From Bacillota bacterium (lineage in GTDB: Bacteria; Bacillota; JAAYKD01): a stretch of DNA of 64,000 nt. Where the stretch lies: the NCBI GenBank assembly GCA_963666425.2, contig OY762825.2, forward strand, positions 1,312,001-1,376,000. Reading direction: 5' to 3'. The position numbers and the translations under genes were made by a program. Numbering within the stretch: position 1 is the first letter of the stretch; each line of letters begins with the position of its first letter. Under the pieces are notes generated by a model, which had not been told where the DNA came from, made no database searches, and saw nothing but the letters and a program-made list of their open reading frames with translations. Positions 57,896 through 64,000 of the stretch are shown here, piece after piece.

Positions 57896-59050
57896 GTGCC
57901 TGCAAAAAGCGAAATACGAATCGAACGGCTGCAAACGATATTACAAGAGAACGCACTGCAAGGATATCTTTGTGCGACCTGCAGCGACATGGTTTGGCTG
58001 CTCGATGCCGCCGCTGCCATCCCCTATCAACACAGTTCCTGTATCTGGTTAGAAAAACTGGGCGGAGAACGCGGCGATCTTTTCTATCAAAACTTTCCCG
58101 AAGCAATGCTCTGGATCCCTGCCGAGGGCGAAGCGCACCTTGTGGTGCTGCCCTATCTGACTGCACGCTACAGCGGTTTCGGCGTTGAGGTCACTCCTGC
58201 CTATTTTGACCGCTTCGCCAATGCTTTGCGGCAATTTTGCAGAAGCGGCAGCATCGCAGTCGGTTTGGCTTGCCGTGCTGCGCTGCAGGCGATTCTCAGC
58301 CAGGCCGGTCCGTTTACGGCTGCCGACGGTTCACATCTTTGTGATCAATTCCGCTGCATCAAAGACGCGGAGGAAATCGCCGCCTTGCGTTATAATGCCG
58401 AATTATGCGACCGCGCCATGCAGCAGGTCCTGCCGTTGCTGCGGCCCGGTCAATGCTGCGCTGATATTGAAAACGCCTTGGCTGAATTCGGTCTGGCCCA
58501 GGGTGCTTTTGATCAATCCTTTGGCAACACCGTCATCGCTCAACCTTACGGGCAGATGCGTCTGGGTAAATTCGATCCCTTCCCTCCGCAGACTGTCGTG
58601 GCTTTTGATCATGGCTTTCTCTGCAACGGTTACAGCGGTGATTTTGGCCGTTCCTTTTTCATCGGTAAAGCGCCGCAGCGTCTCACAGAGGCGTATCGCG
58701 CCTTGCAGGCTGCGCATGAATACCTGCTGCAAACGGTACAGCCGGGAGTGACCAACGTCAATGAAATCAACCGCATCATCCGCAGCGGCGCAAAAGGCTA
58801 CGGTATCGATGCCTGGCTTGGTCCCACGGAAGACCAACTCATGGGGCATCAAATCGGAATCGATTGTCATGAGTACCCTTGGCTGACCAATCAGTTCGAT
58901 CACCCCATTCTTCCCGGTATGGTTTTTGCCGTCGAACCGCGCATCAACATCCCCGATCAGTTCTATCTGCGCATGGAAGATGTCCTTTTGGCAACCACCG
59001 GCGGGTTGCAGCCCCTGACCCAATTCACGAAAGAACTGCTTGAATTGTAA
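57896..59050 (+). CDS. M24 family (Xaa-Pro-like) peptidase, divergent
   Basis: RCIKD.EEI, FDHG, GDFGR, GHQIG..CHE.P, VEP, RMED. Confidence 0.85.
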   Translation: MPAKSEIRIERLQTILQENALQGYLCATCSDMVWLLDAAAAIPYQHSSCIWLEKLGGERGDLFYQNFPEAMLWIPAEGEAHLVVLPYLTARYSGFGVEVTPAYFDRFANALRQFCRSGSIAVGLACRAALQAILSQAGPFTAADGSHLCDQFRCIKDAEEIAALRYNAELCDRAMQQVLPLLRPGQCCADIENALAEFGLAQGAFDQSFGNTVIAQPYGQMRLGKFDPFPPQTVVAFDHGFLCNGYSGDFGRSFFIGKAPQRLTEAYRALQAAHEYLLQTVQPGVTNVNEINRIIRSGAKGYGIDAWLGPTEDQLMGHQIGIDCHEYPWLTNQFDHPILPGMVFAVEPRINIPDQFYLRMEDVLLATTGGLQPLTQFTKELLEL

Positions 59051-59204
59051 CCACTCCGACACTTTCCGCTAATGCAAATCCAACGTCATAACCATACACC
59101 TCAACGAGGAGCAGCCAGACGGCCGCTCCTCGCTTTTTGCTGAAAAATTGCTGTTCAATCCTATTTGTTTTTTTATCTGCTGCAAATTGCGCCGGTGCCC
59201 AGCT

Positions 59205-59238
59205 TCTTCACTTTTTCTTCACTTCTTTTGCGTACAAT
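59205..59238 (+). promoter_or_regulatory. Direct-repeat activator site plus -10 upstream of the two-component genes
   Basis: TCTTCAC-N4-TCTTCAC followed by TACAAT. Confidence 0.55.
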
Positions 59239-59468
59239 GAAATTCGAGTAACAGCTCACGAACGACTATGATCCGCCTGCATCAACGATTGGCCTGATTA
59301 CCGCTGCTTTTTTTCGTTTCAGCTATGAAATAGTTGCCGCAAATGCTATAATGAACACATATTCTGCTGCAAACGGCCGGGCACTCCAGCACTCGGGAAA
59401 ACTACCGGGCCGCGCAAAAAAAATTCCAAAGAACCAGACAGAAATCAACCCAAAGGGGGTGGGAGACA

Positions 59469-60167
59469 ATGACAACAAAACCAACCATTCTTTTGGTGGA
59501 TGATGAAATAAAAATCACCGAAGTGGTAAAATCCTATTTGGAGAATGCAGGTTACCGGGTAGTCTGCGCTTACACCGGCAGACAAGCGCTGGATCTCTTT
59601 GAAAAAAATGCCCCGGCACTGATGATCCTTGACCTGATGCTGCCCGATTTCTCCGGTGAGGAGATTTGTAAGGCGATTCGAAAAAAATCGAGAACACCTA
59701 TCATCATGCTGACAGCCAAAGTGCAGGATGCGGAAATCATCAACGGGCTGGAAATTGGAGCGGATGATTATATGATCAAGCCGTTCAGCCCCAGGCAGTT
59801 GGTTGCCCGGGTTGAGGCTGTGCTGCGCAGAGTCTCTGCTGAAGCCGTTCCACTGGCCAATGAATTCTCTTTCAATGACGGAGAATTAGTCATCGACGGT
59901 CTGCGTCATGAGATACGGAAAAACGGCCAACAGCTCAACCTGACGCCGAATGAATATCAAATCCTGATGATTATGGCGAAATATCCGACGAAAACATTTA
60001 CCAGAGAAGAATTAATCCGCTTTGCTTTGGGCGACGACTTTGAAGGTTATGACCGCATTATCGATACGCATATTAAGAATATCCGGCAAAAAATAGGCGA
60101 TGACAGTAAAACCCCGCGTTATATTCTGACGGTACACGGCATTGGCTACAAGTTTGGGGGCGAATAA
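59469..60167 (+). CDS. OmpR-family response regulator
   Basis: VDDE, LDLMLP, KPFSP, RIIDTHIKNIR, GYKF. Confidence 0.93.
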   Translation: MTTKPTILLVDDEIKITEVVKSYLENAGYRVVCAYTGRQALDLFEKNAPALMILDLMLPDFSGEEICKAIRKKSRTPIIMLTAKVQDAEIINGLEIGADDYMIKPFSPRQLVARVEAVLRRVSAEAVPLANEFSFNDGELVIDGLRHEIRKNGQQLNLTPNEYQILMIMAKYPTKTFTREELIRFALGDDFEGYDRIIDTHIKNIRQKIGDDSKTPRYILTVHGIGYKFGGE

Positions 60168-60168
60168 A

Positions 60169-61572
60169 GTGAAATATACGCTGCGCTTCAAACTGACTTC
60201 GGCTTTTCTGCTGATCACCTTGCTTTTTTCTTTATTGATCGGCCTTTTCGCTAATATTACGCTGCAGAGGCAGTTTAATAATTACGTAATGGAAAATCTG
60301 AAGCAGACCAATGAACAAATCATCACAACGCTGGAAAACCGCTACCGCGATTGGGGCAACCAATGGGATCTGACCGGTTTGGAAAATCTGGGAGTCAACG
60401 CCTTGAACGACGGCTTGATGCTGCAGATCCGCGACAGCGGCGGAACGGTTTTATGGGATGCCATGACGCACAATCGCGGTTTCTGCACAGAGATTTTACA
60501 GGGCATGGCCGCCAAGATGAAGAGACAGAATGCCGCTTTTCGTGGTGGCTATACGGAAAAAGAGTATCCACTTACCGTTTCGGGTCAATCGGCAGGAACG
60601 GTTACGATCGGATATTACGGACCCTATTTCTATACTGATAATGATATCAACTATCTCAAAACCCTGAATCGCATCCTGATCTTAGGAACTGCCATCGCGG
60701 GTCTGCTTTCGCTTTTAACGGGGACCTACCTGGCCAAACGTCTCTCGATTCCGATCGCCCGTGTGATCAACAGTGCCGAAGAAATCGCCAAGGGCAATTA
60801 TCAGGAACGCATCACAGAAAAATCTGATATGCAGGAAATCATTCATTTAACCAAGTCGATCAACACGCTGGCGGATACACTCGGGAAGCAGGAAATCCTG
60901 CGCAAACGCCTGACTGCCGATGTAGCGCATGAACTCCGAACGCCGATTGCCAATCTGCAAAGCCACCTCGAAGCCATGATTGACGGAATCTGGCAAGCAG
61001 ATTGCAAGCGGTTGATCTCTTGTCATGAAGAAACACTCAGGATGGCAAAAATCGTCAACGATCTGGGCAAACTGGCGGCCTATGAAAGCGAGAACCTGGT
61101 TCTGCATCCGGTCAGCTTCCCTCTCGCCGATTTCATCCATGGTCTCGTCTTAAATTTCGAAAGTGAATTTCGCAAAAAGAATGTCACGCTCTCGGCAGAA
61201 ACAGAGGAACAAGACCTGTTTGCCGACAAAGATATGCTGGCTCAAGTACTCACCAACCTGCTCTCGAATGCGCTGAAATATACTCCCGCCGGGGGAAGCG
61301 TGACAATTTCCGCTGTGAGCGACGCAGACCAGGTGCAAATTACGGTTGCTGACACCGGTATTGGCATCAGCCAGGCAGATCTGCCCTTTATCTTTGAACG
61401 ATTTTACCGGGCGGATCAATCGCGCAGCAGAATCACCGGCGGTTCCGGCATTGGACTGACCATCGCGAAATCCCTGGTGGAAGCGCATCACGGCAGCTTA
61501 TCCGTCCGCAGTGAACCGGGGGTTGGCAGTCAATTTACCATTTTGCTGCCCAGAAACCCTAAAGAAAACTAA
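60169..61572 (+). CDS. HAMP sensor histidine kinase (BaeS-like)
   Basis: Two TM segments, HAMP, DVAHELRTP, NALKYT, DTGIG, GSGIGL; GTG start. Confidence 0.92.
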   Translation: MKYTLRFKLTSAFLLITLLFSLLIGLFANITLQRQFNNYVMENLKQTNEQIITTLENRYRDWGNQWDLTGLENLGVNALNDGLMLQIRDSGGTVLWDAMTHNRGFCTEILQGMAAKMKRQNAAFRGGYTEKEYPLTVSGQSAGTVTIGYYGPYFYTDNDINYLKTLNRILILGTAIAGLLSLLTGTYLAKRLSIPIARVINSAEEIAKGNYQERITEKSDMQEIIHLTKSINTLADTLGKQEILRKRLTADVAHELRTPIANLQSHLEAMIDGIWQADCKRLISCHEETLRMAKIVNDLGKLAAYESENLVLHPVSFPLADFIHGLVLNFESEFRKKNVTLSAETEEQDLFADKDMLAQVLTNLLSNALKYTPAGGSVTISAVSDADQVQITVADTGIGISQADLPFIFERFYRADQSRSRITGGSGIGLTIAKSLVEAHHGSLSVRSEPGVGSQFTILLPRNPKEN

Positions 61573-61674
61573 ATCGGCTCAAATTTACTGCCGGATATCA
61601 ACAAGGCTGCCTCGGATGAAACCGGGACAGCCTTGTTTGCGCTCCGATTATTCCCGGAGCCGTACTGCTTATTT

Positions 61675-62226
61675 TTATGATTGCACTTTCGGCAGGTCAG
61701 TTTTTTGCTGCAGGTTGGCTCTCGCTTCTTCATATCGTCCGCCGAGAACCTCCCCTCTGGGGATCTTTTGATACAAATCGTAATTGGGAACCGCTGCTCT
61801 TTGATAATCTCTATTTTGCAGATTGTGATAATAATACTGCAGGATCAGCTGCAGGTCATTGGCATACTTCGCTGTCTGCATGGCCATCACGCGGGTGAAG
61901 AGCAGTTTCTCCAAAGAAAGCAGATAAAAGTTCGTCAATTCGACCGCACCCTGCCGGTAAAAATCGTAATCGAACAGAGCGATACTGCGCCAGATTTCAA
62001 ACTCCCCGATCACAAAACCCAAATCACCCCATAGATCCTTGCGCTGTTCGGGAAAACGCGCTGCCAGGCTTTGATAATCCCGATCCGTAATCACCAGATC
62101 GGTATCATTGCCTTTCTTGCGCAGTCCATAGTATTCCATGGCGCTGCCGCCGATCAGGATCGGTTTATCCACAAAGCTGAGCTGCAGCTGCGCCAATTTT
62201 TGCCTGGTCTCTTGATCCATGTCCAT
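61675..62226 (-). CDS. Hypothetical protein with a nucleotidyltransferase-like motif
   Basis: IGGSAMEYYGLR...DTDLVI; start after GGAGG (alternative start 62277). Confidence 0.65.
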   Translation of the reverse strand: MDMDQETRQKLAQLQLSFVDKPILIGGSAMEYYGLRKKGNDTDLVITDRDYQSLAARFPEQRKDLWGDLGFVIGEFEIWRSIALFDYDFYRQGAVELTNFYLLSLEKLLFTRVMAMQTAKYANDLQLILQYYYHNLQNRDYQRAAVPNYDLYQKIPRGEVLGGRYEEARANLQQKTDLPKVQS

Positions 62227-62316
62227 GGTTTTGCCTCCGTCCGACTCCTCATCTTGTCTCTTCTCAGGAACATCCATTCCCTCTTTTGCAGCAAACGAAC
62301 TGAGACGATTTTCCGT

Positions 62317-63414
62317 TTAGCCTTCTGTGACGATCAAATCACGGCGGGCCTGATTGAGAATTTCCGTCTCGCCCTTGTCATTGATCAGCACAATGTTTTC
62401 AATCCGCATGCCATAACGATTGGGGAAGTAAGCACCCGGTTCTATCGAGAAGGCCATGCCGCGTTCCAGACGGCGCGGGTTGCACTGTTTGAGATCGGGG
62501 GCTTCATGCATCATGTAACCAATCCCATGACCAACCCGATTGATCAGTGTCTTGGCGTAGCCCTGTTCATCGAGCACGGTTCTGGCGGCCTGATCCACAT
62601 CCGGGATCCAGGCGTCTTCCACCGCGGCGGCTTGGGCTGCCAATTGTGCTCTGTCAACTAAATCGTAAATTTTACGCTGTTCTTCACTGACGCTGCCAAC
62701 AAAAACCGTCCGCGACATATCAGACTGCATTTCCTGATATTCACAGCCATAATCCAGCACGATCGCGTCACCTATTTCGATGGTTCGCTCGAATTCACTG
62801 TAATGCGGAAAGCTGGAATTAGGTCCGGAGGCCACAATCGCCCACGGCTTTGTCCCGCCGTTTTTTTGCATTTCGGCAAACAAGAAATCGCGGATCTCCG
62901 CTTCTTTTTGACCGGGTTTGATAAAATGAGTCACCGGTTCATAGGCGGCATCGGCAATCGCCGCAGCGCGGCGCAGGCTCTGCTGCTCAGTCGGTGTTTT
63001 TCGGATGCGCAATTCTTCCAATAGCGGTTTGGCGTTTTTAAAGCTGATCTCCATTTGATCAGCAATCTCCAGGATATTAAAAGCCTGTGCCGAAGAGTTC
63101 ACCCCAACAGTGCAGCCCAGCAAGCCCTGCTCAGCCAGGATCGGTTTGATACTGGCCGTCATACCGTCGCCGTCAAACCAGGTGTAAACCGGCATTTCAT
63201 TGTTCATCATTTTACGCATCTGATCGCCATAGAGTAGATTACAAATATAAAACATCGTGCCGTCTTTTTTGAGGAACATCGCCTGGAAACGTTCGCACAT
63301 CATAGGTGTAAAGCCGGTCAGAAATTTCAGTTCCTCCGAAGGGCAAATCAGAACGGCATCCAAGGCACTTGCTTGCAGCATCTCGACCAGTTTGTCCACA
63401 TATTGCTTTCTCAT
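62317..63414 (-). CDS. Xaa-Pro dipeptidase/aminopeptidase (M24B)
   Basis: PH, LDYG, SDMSRT, GHGIG...HEAP, IEPG.Y, RIEN. Confidence 0.9.
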   Translation of the reverse strand: MRKQYVDKLVEMLQASALDAVLICPSEELKFLTGFTPMMCERFQAMFLKKDGTMFYICNLLYGDQMRKMMNNEMPVYTWFDGDGMTASIKPILAEQGLLGCTVGVNSSAQAFNILEIADQMEISFKNAKPLLEELRIRKTPTEQQSLRRAAAIADAAYEPVTHFIKPGQKEAEIRDFLFAEMQKNGGTKPWAIVASGPNSSFPHYSEFERTIEIGDAIVLDYGCEYQEMQSDMSRTVFVGSVSEEQRKIYDLVDRAQLAAQAAAVEDAWIPDVDQAARTVLDEQGYAKTLINRVGHGIGYMMHEAPDLKQCNPRRLERGMAFSIEPGAYFPNRYGMRIENIVLINDKGETEILNQARRDLIVTEG

Positions 63415-63616
63415 TAGAAAAATCACTCCTTTGCTCATCTGGGTATGCTCCGGCATTTCGCTGCACGAAGCGTTATCATTGCTATTCTAACACAATTTAG
63501 CCTGCATGATAAGTCTTATTCCGGCTGATCCGGCATGAAAATTTGTCAATTCGCTGTTTATCGGAAGTAATCTATGTTATAATTACTTGATCATTAAAAA
63601 ATAGGAGGGCTGCAGA

Positions 63617-64000
63617 ATGGACAGAGAAGCATACATCAGTGAATTAAAGCGAAAGAAAGAAATCAACTATTATGTTGCTCAGGTCAAAGAAGATCCCGCC
63701 TTGCTCCCTTTACTATTCGATCTGATTGATACGGACAAAACGAGTCTGAAATTCGTTTGCGAAAAAGTCATCCGGTCACTCAGCAGCAGCGATCCGATTT
63801 TGCTCTATCCCTATTTTGACCGCATGGCTAAACTGCTTTACAGCGAGAATTCCTTTATTAAGTGGGGGTTCATCCAAAGCTTGCCCGGTCTGATTCGGAT
63901 TGACCAGAACCATAAATGGCCTGCCGTCAGCGCCCGCTATTTTTCTTTGCTGGACTCCTCCGCGGTCGTAACCTATGTTAGCGCTGTTGCGGGTATTCCG
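63617..64000 (+). CDS. 5' part of a helical (HEAT-repeat-like) hypothetical protein
   Basis: AGGAGG RBS; MDREAYISELK...DPILLYPYFD...NSFIKWG; open to the window end. Confidence 0.7.
   Translation, partial: MDREAYISELKRKKEINYYVAQVKEDPALLPLLFDLIDTDKTSLKFVCEKVIRSLSSSDPILLYPYFDRMAKLLYSENSFIKWGFIQSLPGLIRIDQNHKWPAVSARYFSLLDSSAVVTYVSAVAGIP

Noticed and set aside
57896-59050. Divergent M24 as a pseudo-enzyme
   Set aside because: All five metal ligands (D, D, H, E, E) appear to be present
1-64000. CRISPR arrays, integrases/transposases, prophage, defence genes, tRNA/rRNA
   Set aside because: No repeat-spacer arrays or diagnostic motifs seen by eye; a covariance-model scan was not possible

Overview
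A 64-kb chromosomal stretch from an anaerobic, S-layer-bearing Firmicute (Clostridia/Negativicutes-like), about 50% GC by eye. It is almost all housekeeping and metabolic genes, and I see no CRISPR, prophage, IS, rRNA or tRNA. Main content: (1) a complete shikimate operon (aroF-aroB-aroA-aroC, a chorismate mutase/AroE/AroK triple fusion, aroQ, an aminotransferase and a GNAT); (2) ggt, ogt, a PlsC-like gene, a TmrB-like gene and a D-aminoacylase; (3) a pst/pho cluster with duplicated pstS, followed by darA; (4) an SLH protein and an FMN riboswitch with ribU; (5) an hcp/HcpR locus; (6) a cobalamin-riboswitch ABC operon ending in mntP; (7) an Asn T-box with asnA, secG, thiT and pncB; (8) many peptidases (five M20, pepF, two M24); (9) a membrane 4Fe-4S protein pair and an OmpR/BaeS-type two-component system. 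The best leads are regulatory. They include a Phe-rich uORF plus terminator ahead of the aro operon, several 11-bp-periodic activator sites (one linking the two-component system to an uncharacterised Fe-S pair), a recurring sigmaH-like motif, a T7 frameshift at the start of a surface glycosidase, and a strong promoter with a long unexplained leader. All family calls come from motif recognition by eye, without database searches.
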